Positions 12,301-23,900 of a stretch of DNA of 64,000 nt are shown in pieces. Each line of letters starts with the position of its first letter. Within the stretch, counting starts at the first letter, position 1. This DNA comes from Mobula hypostoma. Lineage: Eukaryota. The position numbers and the translations under genes were made by a program. The DNA is taken from the NCBI RefSeq assembly GCF_963921235.1, contig NC_086110.1, positions 13,330,001-13,394,000 of the forward strand, given 5' to 3'. The notes under the pieces were generated by a model that worked only from the letters and a program-made list of their open reading frames with translations, had not been told where the DNA came from and did no database searches.

Positions 12301-14002
12301 TCTGGTTACATATCTGCAGGAAAGTTATCAATATGATTAAATGAGTAGAAAGAAAACTTACAACATGTGGCAGGAATTTGAGGACATGAATTATGAGGAA
12401 AGTTTAACAGGTAAAGATTTTTTTCCATGATTCGTAAGAGAACGAGCGAACATTTGATAGAGGTATACAAAATTATGAGGGATGTAGATATGGTGGATCT
12501 AAGCCTGCATTATCCACTGAGGTTGGGTGAGAATGTAATTGGAATTCATAGCTTCAGAGTGAAATGAGAAGTATTAAAGGCGAACTTGAGGGGAAACGTC
12601 TTCACTCTGACGGTGATGCTATTGTGGAGTGAGCTGACAGCGCAGGTGTTTGCGCTCGACTCCCTGCGCTTTACTATTCAACCGTATCAAAATTCATCTC
12701 AATCTTGAGAGGTCGATATTTCTGCCCGTTTTGTATGGTGAAAGAAGTATAGATTTTGCTAATCCTGCATGATAAAAGTTGGAATGACAATTTGTAGTGC
12801 ATGCGATAAATTGTTACTTGATGTTGGAATTAACTCATTTGGAGCTGGGTATTATTCCTGTATACTTGTTGATGGAGAAATGGAGCATTGTGCTGCTACA
12901 GGCAGATCCTTTGATAGAGATTACTCTATTTAAGTATTAATATTTTGCGTCCTCTGTGATGCGGAATCGAGTTATCCAACTCCAGCCATTCACATTAATA
13001 TTAATATTATTTCAGCCTCTTGCTTGCAACACAATCCTAACCTCGCTTGAAAAGTAATTCGTTATATTCAAAGTACCTTCGCGATAATGAGGGTAACGTC
13101 CTAAGCTATCACTAACCTTGGACATTCGGTTTAATTGGGAGATAGCTGATGAGCAGGGCTGGACGAACAGCAGTGGGGAAGGAGCCGGGGAAGTACGATA
13201 CGATTAACGGAATCAACTCCACTATGCGCCTAATAGTTGCTACATGAAATGTGATTAATTTTTCTGCTCTTTATAATTCTGAATTTAAAATCACTGGACT
13301 GGGGTATATTTTAACACGGAAATCAAATGTATTCTCACCGTTTGTTTTATCAAGTAGAAATATTTCGTTTTATCCCCATCACTAAGTTTGATGTAAAATG
13401 CACAGAGCCGAAAATCTCGAAACAGCCACACTCACCGAACACAGTGAACTTGGTGCCACCTCCAGTCCCTAAGTATTGTTCCTGAAACTTTACTGCACAG
13501 TAATACAGCCCAGAGTCGCTGAATTTGACATTCCAGAGTACAAGTGTTCCTCTTCCCCTTTCTACAGTAAATTGTCTTCTGTTGTCCCTTTCTAAAAACC
13601 CCTTCTCGCCTTTCCTCCACCAACGAACGTCAACGGTATCGTGTGTTAGCGGTAATTTGCAGAACATCGTAACATTCGCACCAACCGGGACGTTCAGGTC
13701 CCGAGGGAATTGAGATACTTCCTTCGCCGTTACTTTGACGACTGCCGGATAAATAAGCAAGAGTATTAATAACAGTTAAACACAGTGAATTAACAAAAAC
13801 TGATGACGTAAGTCATTGGACATCTCAGAGTGAAAGACGACCGACTAGATAAAAAAAAACTGCAACCGAATATGCTGCAGGCACCCAGGGTTAGATATTA
13901 TTAAATAGAATATTCAATTCGGAAACGGCGTGTATAAATCAGCATACTTAGCCAAGTAATAGCCAGAAGTGCCATGTACGAAACCGTAAACTTCTCCGCC
14001 AT
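6319..14002 (-). CDS. Six-exon non-rearranging Ig-superfamily receptor: leader, V(J), C1, TM, cytoplasmic tail (279 aa; NKp30/VJ-C1/SIRP-like)
   Basis: Exons 14002-13948, 13741-13436, 8203-7910, 7329-7222, 6584-6541 and 6351-6319 are joined by GT-AG introns with compatible phases (1,1,1,1,0). They sum to 840 nt with no internal stop. Protein: MAEKFTVSYMALLAITWLIVKVTA-KEVSQFP...YYCAVKFQEQYLGTGGGTKFTVF-APPSPVEIV...YTCLVSHVSL...QDQ-DPQDSNTKLNLAYAVGGSAILALIIILVKVKLKRSQ-GTNTGSLDRCQNEEP-DSTIVHNQLL*. Confidence 0.85.
6541..6584 (-). CDS. Exon 5, cytoplasmic
   Basis: Acceptor ttatttttcttaAG, donor GTAGGT. 44 nt open in phase 1: GTNTGSLDRCQNEEP. Confidence 0.75.
7222..7329 (-). CDS. Exon 4, connecting peptide, transmembrane segment and basic stop-transfer
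   Basis: Acceptor ttcccccctatAG, donor GTAAGA, 108 nt, phase 1-1. LNLAYAVGGSAILALIIILV is followed by KVKLKR. Confidence 0.88.
7910..8203 (-). CDS. Exon 3, C1-set Ig domain
   Basis: Acceptor tttttacccaAG, donor GTAAGA. Contains LLCKTASFYP..LEFVW, NRSVDGLY and YTCLVSHVSL, which are C1-set signatures. Confidence 0.95.
9480..11260 (-). mobile_element. CR1 LINE fragments in intron 2
   Basis: ORF 10663-11202 GNYRPITRTSLVDKMLE..VVYLDFQKAFDKVPH..GVPQGSVL, with further 3' CR1 pieces downstream. Confidence 0.88.
11575..11785 (-). mobile_element. tRNA-derived SINE
   Basis: Minus strand begins GGGCACGTGGCCAAGTGGTTAAGGCG (A-box), has a degenerate B-box (TTCGAGTC), then a GCCCTTGAGCAAGGAACTTT core typical of fish and shark SINEs. 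Confidence 0.7.
12000..12650 (+). mobile_element. Old CR1 3' fragment
   Basis: Degenerate homology to the CR1 RT C-terminus (attgagtgtagaagttggg..tttggagtattgt..ttcactctga..tgtggagtgagctg). Confidence 0.6.
13436..13741 (-). CDS. Exon 2, V-set domain with germline J-like G strand
   Basis: Acceptor ttatccggcAG, donor GTGAGT. Contains B-strand Cys (TMFC), C-strand Trp (VRWW), DSGLYYC and GTGGGTKFTV (GxGTxLxV type). Confidence 0.95.
13781..13801 (+). other. RSS-like heptamer plus nonamer with a non-canonical 5-bp spacer
   Basis: CACAGTG-aatta-ACAAAAACT in intron 1, about 40 bp before the V exon acceptor. Confidence 0.4.
13948..14002 (-). CDS. Exon 1, signal peptide
   Basis: ATG at 14002 gives MAEKFTVSYMALLAITWL plus 1 nt, followed by donor GTATGC. 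Hydrophobic leader, phase 1 as in Ig/TCR genes. Confidence 0.85.
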
Positions 14003-14029
14003 CTTACAGAAACCAAATGGACCAATTCT

Positions 14030-14150
14030 TGCAATGCAAGTGGTATTTTAAAGAATTTGCTGGAGGAAAAGGACTTCGCAAGGAAATGTATTAATCATGC
14101 AAACATGACGCAGGATGACGCCACCGCAAGGCAGAATAATGTGGTTCAGA
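14030..14150 (-). promoter_or_regulatory. Putative lymphoid-type promoter of the Ig-like gene
   Basis: Within 150 bp of the ATG: TTTAAAA TATA-like box (~14046-14052), two GGAA (ETS/NFAT-type) cores, octamer-like ATGCAAAC (14097-14104), two TGACG CRE half-sites, and RUNX TGTGGTT (14140-14146). Confidence 0.45.
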
Positions 14151-16308
14151 TTTAAACCCTGTCTCGGCTGGGAGGAAAATAAGAACTGTTACAATTCTAA
14201 TTTTTACATGGCCTGCCTAGTGCTTTCGTGATTATGTTGGGAATCTTGCCCTCTTGCTGAAGTCAGGAATTATCTAAATCCTTATTGAGATGTACATTCA
14301 AATCTGTACTCTGCGCATTTTGATGGTAAAGATGGAAATCCGCTTAGGAGTTGAAAAATATCTAATAAAATAGGCGGACAAAAATAATAATATTTCTTCA
14401 TTCCAATTTCCCTTTGCAGTTTTGCTCCATTTCCATCATATACCTTGGGTCAAATGGCACCCTGCTGTTTTCTCTAGTAAAGCAGTTGCGCTCATGCGGC
14501 CAAAAGACTTTAAGCCGCGACTGGTGTGGACGATGTTATGTCAATTAAAATTTTGCTTCTCTTGATAATTTCCTTTAGGATTTCGTTTTAACGGTTCGAC
14601 TAATGAACTACTGCTTCCTGTCTGGATTCCTAAACAAAAAGGAAACGATTAACGAGCCTGGTTTGAACAGCAGACATTCCTCCGGACGTCGTCATGCACA
14701 TGTCTCCTGAAGAATGTATGATTTTGGATTCTGAGCATTGATGACAAAGAGTAACGACATGTAATTTTAATGCTTAAGTTTCATGAAACAAAAGCATAAA
14801 ATGAAACCTTCATAAACTCATTCTAGTGACAGATTTCAGTCTGTTTACATAAAGTAGGCCGCATATCACAGTATTTAGGTTCCTTACTCGCTGCTTTGAC
14901 CAGTTCGCATGTGGAACTCAGCGAAAATGCTGTCTGTGATAGATATAGATTCCGAGTATAGGATGTTAATCACATAAAGAGAGTGCTTAGAGTTCAAACA
15001 GCAGGTTATTCGGTTTAATAATAACAGAGATACAAGAGGTACTACGATGAAATCTATAAAGGGCGCATCGAGGAAGCCTCAAATGATTAATTGCAGTTCC
15101 GAGGCTCCATTTTAAATCCAATAAGCACGAGCAGTTGCGTTGCGGGAAATGCTTCTATCTTAAATATCTCCTACATTTTCACAAAGTAAACGGGAGACAA
15201 TAGGATAGTCATCGAGCAAAAATTTTAACCCGATACAGTACAGAAAAAAAAAGGTTCGCACGCATCCTTGTGTCTAACCTGGCAGGGCAATTTATCCATT
15301 TATAAAATGACAACACTAAATAGTCAAAAGCATCTTGGTTGGCAATGAAACAATACTGAGCTTCCATGTGCTTCCTACAAACGGAGTTAAGATCCTGATT
15401 ACCATGTCAAAAGCCTCGACATTTTTAGCAGTTATGTTTCCGAATTTCCACGCAGCGGTGGGGATGTTATGCTTTTTCAATAGAAGCTTTGTCACCATTA
15501 TTAAATTGTATCTTCTGTCCTCTCAGATCTGAAGTTATGTAGCTGCTTGCGGCGTAAAGTTGTTCATAGGTAACACAAATTTTGTCTATTCGATCCCACG
15601 GGATGTAATTGAGGAGTTTATTCGGGAGAGGATATGGACGTTGTGAACCTTATCCTGCTGTGGATCTGCATGAATCGTAAGAGACAATTCTAATAAGGGA
15701 CAGCTTAGTTTTACGTTACAGGTAACTTGTGATACCAAATACAAAAATATGTCTGGGGCAGAAAATACCATTTCCAGAAGGTAAGTTTCCTGTCGAGATT
15801 TCTGCCTTGATCTTCAGATATTCCTTTTTCTCTACAGATAAATGCCAAAGATGAGGGAACTCTGATTAGTTCCCCATGAACCACTCTCTGTTCTCCATTA
15901 GTCCATTCTTCATGTGGTGTATGAATAGAGCAGTGACTTGGACCAATTACTAAGCACTTGAAAACAAGTTTGCTGATAAAAATTGGCCTCTTTTTCGCAT
16001 GGTTGGGATTGTCATGCTAACTCTTAGGTGTCAAATTGAAGAACGTTGCCGATTATTTTCATATTTAAATGCTTTAGAGATAAAACCTACATCTCTATGT
16101 TTTCACCAGCATAAATTTATTCAGCGTTAACTGGGGCGGAAAAGGACAGGTAAGTAGAAGGCATTTTGTTTTTTTCAATTTATTGATTTTTTGATTTCAA
16201 ATGCTTGAAAACATGACAATCTCAGAAAAATCAAGATGTTTTTAAATGTCAAGCACAGCTCTGGTTAGGCCAAAAGATTGACTGTAAATCTAGATTTCTA
16301 ATTTGCGA

Positions 16309-16523
16309 CGCAAACAACAGGAATTCTGCAGATGTTGGAAATTCAAACAACACACATCAAAGTTGCTGGTGAACGCAGCAGGCCAGGCAGCATTGTTAGG
16401 AAGAGGTACAGTCGACGTTTCAGGCCAAGACCCTTCGTCAGGGTCTCGGCTTGAAACGTCGACTGTACCTCTTTCTAGAGATGCTGCCTGGCCTGCTGCG
16501 TTCACCAGCAACTTTGATGTGTG
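16309..16523. mobile_element. Palindromic Penelope-type element with 14-bp TSD
   Basis: 84-bp inverted arms 16350-16433 and 16441-16524 with a 7-nt loop. Direct repeat TTTCTAATTTGCGA at 16295-16308 and 16524-16537. Confidence 0.8.
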
Positions 16524-18699
16524 TTTCTAATTTGCGAGAGTATTTGTCCACCGGACGAGATAATCCTTTATAATATTACGCCTTTAAATGTCTCTACCTT
16601 CATTACAAAGATATTCCGAAATGTTTTCAACAAGGTTCTTCTAGGATAAATGTTTCAACTGAGTGTTGATTATTCTTTAATAGATAATAGGGAGCTTAAT
16701 TGAAGTTAGTTGACTGCAAAATTAAAGCTACTGTTCGTTACTACTGTGTGGAACTCATAGGAAACAATCAGCAAGCCAGGCAGCGTCTGCTGAGAGATAC
16801 AGTGTAAACACTTCAAGCTGATAATTCTTCACTAGGTCATGAAGAGAAATGATTTGTATTTTCCTCTTTCCGTAAAAGGTTCCCGATGTCTTCTGCTTAA
16901 TTTCGGATTGTAAACATCTGCAATCCTGTTTTCCATCAATGACCCTGCTTTTCAATAAATGATCAAAATTGATATGAGCCGAATACAAAGCGACATGACC
17001 TTACTTCCCCTTTCATTCAAAAGTATCGTGGGAAACTTTAGACCAAGACGCAACTCTCGACATTACCACTTCATGTAATGTTGTCTGACTGTGCCTTGTT
17101 CCCTGAACACTCCTTTTAGCATAACAACCGACCAGTACAGAACAGGAGTACGACCTTCGGCTAAGTTGTCCGTCGCGAACACGATGTCAAACTAAACTAA
17201 ATATCTACTAGTTGCGGTCCCTCATTTAACTAATCAGAAAGGAGAATGTTTTCCCTAATAAATCGGTTTACAATGTCTTTTAATCTTCAAAGTAATTGGT
17301 TCTCCATTCAATGCTCTCAGAGAATGACTCACACATAAATATCAAGTATTTAGTTGCTTTTAAGAATTATTTCGTATATATATTTCCAGAATGAACATAG
17401 CACAGAAACAGGAAGTATAGACGTTGCAGCACAACTTGAGAAACATTTAGCTGACAGGAGCAAAATATCAAATGTTGCTTAAATTAAACTTATTGATCTA
17501 CTCTTAAACATCAAGTGCGTCAACACGAGCTGTCTGCTACATAGAGGTTTCAGAGAGGAGCAATCTTTGACCACAAATTTTCCATGATGTTACCAGCAGG
17601 CTCACGAGTGCAATTCTATTCTCAGGTAGCGTATTAGGTCCCATAGACACAAAGTTCAAATGCATTCTTGGTAAACTGACAGATGAATTAAAATTCTATT
17701 CCGAACAGCTTTTTCACAGAAAACTTGCAGAACCTCGCATGCAAATATTCGCATTTGTGAATAATAAACAGGATGTGAAAATATATCTATTTTAAGAGGA
17801 TATGAAACTTCGTCGGAATTGAACTAAAGCAGCTGGCCTTGCAAATGGGCAGATAAAATAGGAAAGGCAGCACAAAAGTCTGCTTACTTCTTTCGAAGTT
17901 AATTGAAATACTCGGATTCATAATTCACGAATGTGGAGTTAGTGGTCTAGAAACACAATGCTTAGAAAAGAAAATAAATTGAAGTGTTAATTCTGTTGAT
18001 CTGCCTGCACATTCTAACCTGATCTGCTGAATATTCCGTGCATTCCATATTCAATAGTCCATCAAGTTGGACCATAGGCCTTTTTGTTATCTATTCTATT
18101 AGGCCACGTTATAGTCCTTGAATATGGAATTTTATTCAGTTTCGTATGCTACCATAATCCGTAAAAGTCCTGATTCCCACAGGTGTAACTGATCCGCGAG
18201 ATGAGTATGCCATTTGGAACAATTTTCAACCGCTGAGGCAGCTGGCATGAAAGGAGGGTCATGGAGGTCAATCTAGGTATAGATTCCGGAAGGTGATGAG
18301 CAGAAAGGCAAAGGCCACCGATTCTGGAATGTAACAAATAAAGGAGAGGGATCATGGGGACCATTAGAGAAGAGGTGAAGGGCATATGGAGCCAAAACAA
18401 GATGGGGGAAGGGAAAGGCTTTGTGTGAAATGTGTGTGTTGTGGATGGATGCAACCACTGGGTAGCAAAGTGTTTTGGAAAGTTACTTCTTCAGATGAGG
18501 ATGTGATAGACTGCCTGAAGCTGAATAGAAACACAATTTCACATTACTTGTATATGGAAGAAAACTGGTGAAACAAGAAATAAACTTATATTGATTATAA
18601 AGTGTTTAACTGTACAATGGTATTGGCGCCTGACAATAATTCAACTAAGCTAAAATATTTTGTGAAGATTTCCATCTGTATTCAGTGCCGGCGGCTTCT

Positions 18700-18960
18700 T
18701 ACATAACTGTACAACTATAATCCGCCAACATGAATGGATTCCAGCTGCCTTGATACTATTGTTGCATGACCGCAATCTCCATGTGAATCCTTTCACCTTG
18801 CTCGTTACGATCAGCATCGAGATCTGCATGGAGGAAGTCTAAATGGGAATGCAGAAAATGAATTTTTACTGACATGCTGCACTTCATGGTTTTATATGCT
18901 TGAAGTATGATGCAAGAAGCTGCACGTAGTTTGATGCTCTGTGGTTGCCAATACATTTTT
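18700..18960 (-). mobile_element. DNA transposase C-terminal fragment, family not assigned
   Basis: MSVKIHFLHSHLDFLHADLDADRNEQGERIHMEIAVMQQ*YQGSWNP..LADY resembles the widespread invertebrate transposase motif LKxHFLHSHLDFFPxNLGAVSDEQGERFHQDI. Confidence 0.6.
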
Positions 18961-19829
18961 GAACGACATCATTGAATGCCTAAGGGAAAGAAAGCCGTGC
19001 TGCACCAAGGCACAATGACTCGGATCAGCCACAATTGTGAACCATTTTGATCTTTTTAAATGGTATGTGTTTCTTAGAGGAAGTACAGTGAAGTTTCTCT
19101 AAATTGGGTCAAACAATATCAATGGAGAGAAGTGAGCAGTTGAAGTTTCGTATTCAGGCTCTTCATCAGGACTGGAAGAACGGAAAGAAGGAGGACAGAT
19201 ACCAGTATTAAAAGGTCAGGAAAAGGTTGGAGCAAGAGTTGGAGAGTAATAACTGGATCCAGGTGAGGAAGTGATTAACATCACTCTCCTAAATCACTTG
19301 ATCCTCCCTTGCATTCCTCACAAACTACCTGGATGTTTAATCAGACTAAATTCCTCGCTCACGATCATGGCTGATCCAATCAGAAACTTTGATTCGGCTT
19401 TCCTTTTCGTCTTCAACACACATCGGAATCAGTCAGCTTTACTTTGTTGCTATTCGGTTGCTTTTTAAAATTCTCCGGCAAACTACTGATATGATTTACG
19501 CCATGTAATCTAAAAGGCTGGAACAATGAAGAAAATCATATTTCAAATCTCGTTCTGGCAGCGTGCGAGTTTGCGTTCAGCTAATGAAATAACGAATCGT
19601 ATGAATAATGGTGCCCACGACTGAGGTACAACACTGTCGAACACTGCAAAAGATCCAGCAGATCATAGATGCCATCCATGATTTAATATGAGAAAGCTAT
19701 TATCCCCCTAATTTTCGTTTAGCCTAACCGAGAAACTCATCTGCTTGAGTAATAACAGTTTTCTATTATTGGTCTAGCACGTCGGCCAGTGTTTAAACAG
19801 GATTCCGGCGAAATATTATAAGAATCGCA

Positions 19830-20360
19830 CAGACCGATGGCTCACCGATACACAGGATGGACCGAACTATTGATTCGGAAAGGTAAAAGGTGGTGGTATC
19901 TGTTTCAGGATAAACTGTACTTCTCCGATGTGGCAGTTTTCTCGTGATCTTGTTCGTCCGAACTTGAACATCCGGAGATCAAACGCCGGCCGTTCTATTT
20001 ACCAAAAGAGTTCTCCGTCATAATCCTGACCGCAGTTTAAATACCACCATCATCCGACTGGGATACTGCATGATGCCATCGCCAGACAGGTAACAGTCCA
20101 TCTCGACGCATTTCAAGTCATATTCGGGGAATTCAATGAGGGTTGTTTGAAGAAATTCCTGCCCAATTACCCTCAGCATATAACCTGTAGCACCAGAAGA
20201 CCTAGCACACTAGCCTACTGCTACTGTATAAAATATTAGAAATGTCGAAACCTCCAAGCCCAAAAGGCACTTCTGATCGCTTGGCTGTCCTTCTCCTACC
20301 TGCATAGAGCCAAAAGCAAACGAACAAGGGTCCGCAGATTAGGACAACGAAAATGTGGTG
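19830..20360 (+). mobile_element. Rex1/Babar-type LINE endonuclease fragment
   Basis: Frameshifted motifs KRRPFYLPKEFSVIILTAV*IPP, GEFN and TSDRLAVLLLPA. Confidence 0.7.
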
Positions 20361-20950
20361 GCGGGAGGCAGAGGAGCGGCAACGAGATCGAAACTTTATA
20401 AATGTTTTAAATACTTTAAGAAGAAATATTTTGTCATTCTGGTTTGGACCAAAAATTGTCTCTCAATATCAGGTTGTGGGGTGGGCGGGGGGGAGGGGTG
20501 CCGCTGGAATCGGCCCCAAATGCAAGACTGTCACAAAAAACTGTGGGTCAATTGTTTAAGAAAAATAACAAGATGGCTTGAGTCGCAAAAATAGATTGAG
20601 GTGCTTTTATTTACCTCAAAACAAGATAAAAATGGGGAAAAAAAACTGTATATATATAGCCACCCTCAAACAAAACACAGAAGAAAACTAAAACCTAAAG
20701 CCTTGGTAACCTGAGGATAATAAATGCTAAGTCCCTCCTCCTAGACCAACCAAAAGGTAATTAACTCAATTATCAAATTACAGATGGTATCCTCCACCAT
20801 CAGCACACCTGTGCAGGTTGCTGCTGCCTCTATATGAGACAGCTCTATGCAGCAGCTCTGTTTCAGACACAGTCCCTATTACTGCTGGGGATGAGTGTTT
20901 TACCAAGTGCGCCATGTGCCGTCCGTAGTCAGTGACGGGCCTTCGTTACA

Positions 20951-20967
20951 TTACCACCCTTCTTCCC
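20951..20967 (-). promoter_or_regulatory. Polypurine tract of the Gmr1-like element
   Basis: GGGAAGAAGGGTGGTAA immediately precedes TGTAAC of the 3' LTR. Confidence 0.8.
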
Positions 20968-23900
20968 CTGCAGCGCCAATGCTTGGCAGTCTTGACAGGT
21001 AGCCTGCTGTGATGTTCTCCTTGCCTGATTTGTGCCGCACACAGAACCTGAAAGGTTGAAGTTCCAGGTACCACCTAGTCACCCTGGCATTCCGTTCTTT
21101 CATTGTCTGGATCCAGGTCAGGGCTCTGTGGTCCGTCTGGAGGTCAAACTTTCTCCCAAGAATGTATTACCTGAGGCTGTCCAATGCCCACTTGTATGCC
21201 AGACACTCCTTCTCGATTGTGGAGTACCGGGTTTCACGGGGCAGAAGTTTCCTGCTGAGATATGACACAGGACGTTCCTCACCTGCCTTTCCCTGAGCTA
21301 GTACTGCCCCGATGCCTACACATGAGACATCCACCTGCACCAGGAAGCGGCGTTCAAAGTCAGAACTCTGCAACACAGGGGAAGAGCATAATTTCTCCTT
21401 CAGGCCCTGGAGAGCACTTTCACACTCCTCACTCCATTCCACAGGATTACGGGCCAACTTGCAGGTGAGGTTGGTCAATGGGACTGCCAGGGTAGAGAAG
21501 TGAGGGATGAACCGTCGGTACCAGCCCTCTAGGCTAAGAAAAGACCGGACCTGGGTCTTGGTACGAGGCCTGGGGCTGTTCAGAATTACCTCAGCTTTTT
21601 CCACCTGAGCTCGGACTTCTCCTCTCCCCAACTGATACCACAGGTACCGGGTTTCCTCCCTGGCCCACTCACATTTCTGCAGGTTGAGTGTAAGTCCTGC
21701 CGTATTGATTGCACCTACGACTAGACAAAGGTGCTCCAGATGTTCCTCGCAGGTCAGGCTAAAATGACCACATCATCCAAATAGGCGGCGCTGCAGTCCT
21801 CACAACCTTCCAGCACTCTGTCCATAAGCCTCTGGAATGTGGCTAGGGCACCATGTAAGCCAAAGGGCATCACCGTGAACGGAAAGAGGCCTAGAGTGGT
21901 CCTGAATGCAGTGGGAGGCCGGGACTGGCTCTCCAGGGGGACCTGCCAATACCCCTTGCAGAGGTCCAAGGTGGTGATGTAGTTGGCTCTTCCAATCTCT
22001 CCAGCAGGTCCTCAATCAGGAGCATCGGGCAGGCATCGAAAAATGAGATGGCATTCAGTTTCCTAAAGTCAATACAAATGCGAAGAGTTCCATCCTACTT
22101 CGGCACAATGACAATAGGGCTCCTCCACTCACTTTCAGACGGTTCGATGTCTCCCAGCTCCAACATCAAGTGGACCTCCTCCTTCAACGCCTTCACCAGA
22201 CGTTCTGGTACTTGGTAGCATGCCTGCCGTACTGGACTCTGACCTGGTTTGAATTGGATGGCATGCTGCAATACATCTGTATGGCCTAGATTCTGTGTGA
22301 ACAACTGAGGGAATGTGTCGAATATGATTTGCAATTCAACTGGCTTCATACCATGCAGGTGAGAGAGTTCCACCTTGGCAGCTGTTTCCAGGCCTCCACT
22401 ATACCTTCAGAGTCATCTTCCTCAATCACCCGCCGTGCCAGTAGTGAGGTGATGGACGGGGGGCTGCATCTTTCCTCCCAGGGTTTCAAAAGGTTCACAT
22501 GGTAACTTTGCTTTTGTTTCCCCTTCTCCGGCTGCAGGCTCTCATATGTTGTAGGCCTCATCCTCCTTATAACCTCAAAAGGTCCCTGCTACTTGGCCAA
22601 CAGCCTGCTGGCTAAGGTGGCCAGGAGCAGCAAGATCTTTTGACCTGGTTTGAGCTCACCTTGGCATGCCTGCAGGTCATACCACCGCTTTTGAGTCTTC
22701 TGAGCCTCCAGGAGGTTGAGTCTGGCCTCCGCTCGGTACCCTCCGACCGGTCCCTCAGTTGGAGGGCATATTGTACAACACTTTGCCCCTCTACAGTATT
22801 ACCTGCCACCTGCTCCTCCCAGTTCTGTTTCAGCAGATCCAGGGGCCCCTGGACTGACCAACCACAGAGCAGCTCGAAAGGAGAGAATTCGGTAGGTACC
22901 TGAGGCACTTCCCAGTAGGCAAAGAGCAAAAAGGGTAACCACGTATCCCAATCCTTCCCTGTATCAGATACAAACTTTCTGAGCATCCTTTTGAGGGTTT
23001 GGTTAAACCTCTCCACTAGGCCATCTGTCTCTGGGTGATAAAGAGATGTCCTGATAGCGGTTATGCCCAACTCCTTGGTCCGAGTTCCCTGGTCGGTCAG
23101 GATTTCCTCCGGGATGCCTGCACGAGAAAAGAGATGGACAAGAGCTGCACAAGAGCACTGATCAGTCTTGGAGTGGTTACTAACCGGGGAGGAAAAGCTT
23201 CAGGGAATCGTGTGGCATAACCACATACAACAAGAATGTACTGATATCCTTCTGAGCTTTTTTCCAGGGGCCCCACAATGTCCATTGCAATCCGATTAAA
23301 TGGGGTGGTAATCACTGGCCTGGATTGGAGGGGTACTCGGTCTGATTTACGGACATCACTGGGTTTTTGCCACTCTGGGCACGTTTTGCAATAAGTCTGC
23401 AAATCAGTGTACATTGAAGGCCAAAAGAACCAAAAGGCCAACCTGAGATATGTCTTATGGTGACCTAAGTGTCCTGCCCAGGGAATGGTATGTGCAAGGT
23501 GTAGTATAAGTAACCTGCAAATACTTAACACCACTAACCTCCTGTTGCCTGGCTCCTCTCCTTGATAAAGGATGCCGTTCTGAAGGACATACACTGAACC
23601 ACCTACATGGGCGGTTTCATTAGCAGAGGTTAAGACCTTGGTTAACAGAGACTTTAACAAAGGATCAGACTGTTGTAACATGGTGATATTGTCTGGCACT
23701 TCCCACTTAACATCTGTCACTGCATTTTCAGGCATTTCATAAGATAAAGGCGTACCAGTGTGTTTCTCTCACCGCCGTTGCCGACGTGTCTTTCTAGGCC
23801 CTTTGGTTCCAGCATTGCATGGACTACCACATTGGTCTGGCAAAGGTTGCATTCCAGACTGAGCTTGGGTTTTTGCCTGGAACCGTGTCATGACAAAACA

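Noticed and set aside
13440-13446. Second CACAGTG heptamer, at the J-like strand
   Set aside because: It is simply the codons for Phe-Thr-Val on the minus strand, with no nonamer at 12 or 23 bp.
14541-14933. Possible terminal exons of an upstream minus-strand gene (14933-14888, 14629-14541)
   Set aside because: The splice sites are plausible, but the peptides have no recognisable motif and I found no upstream Ig or TM exons to link them to.
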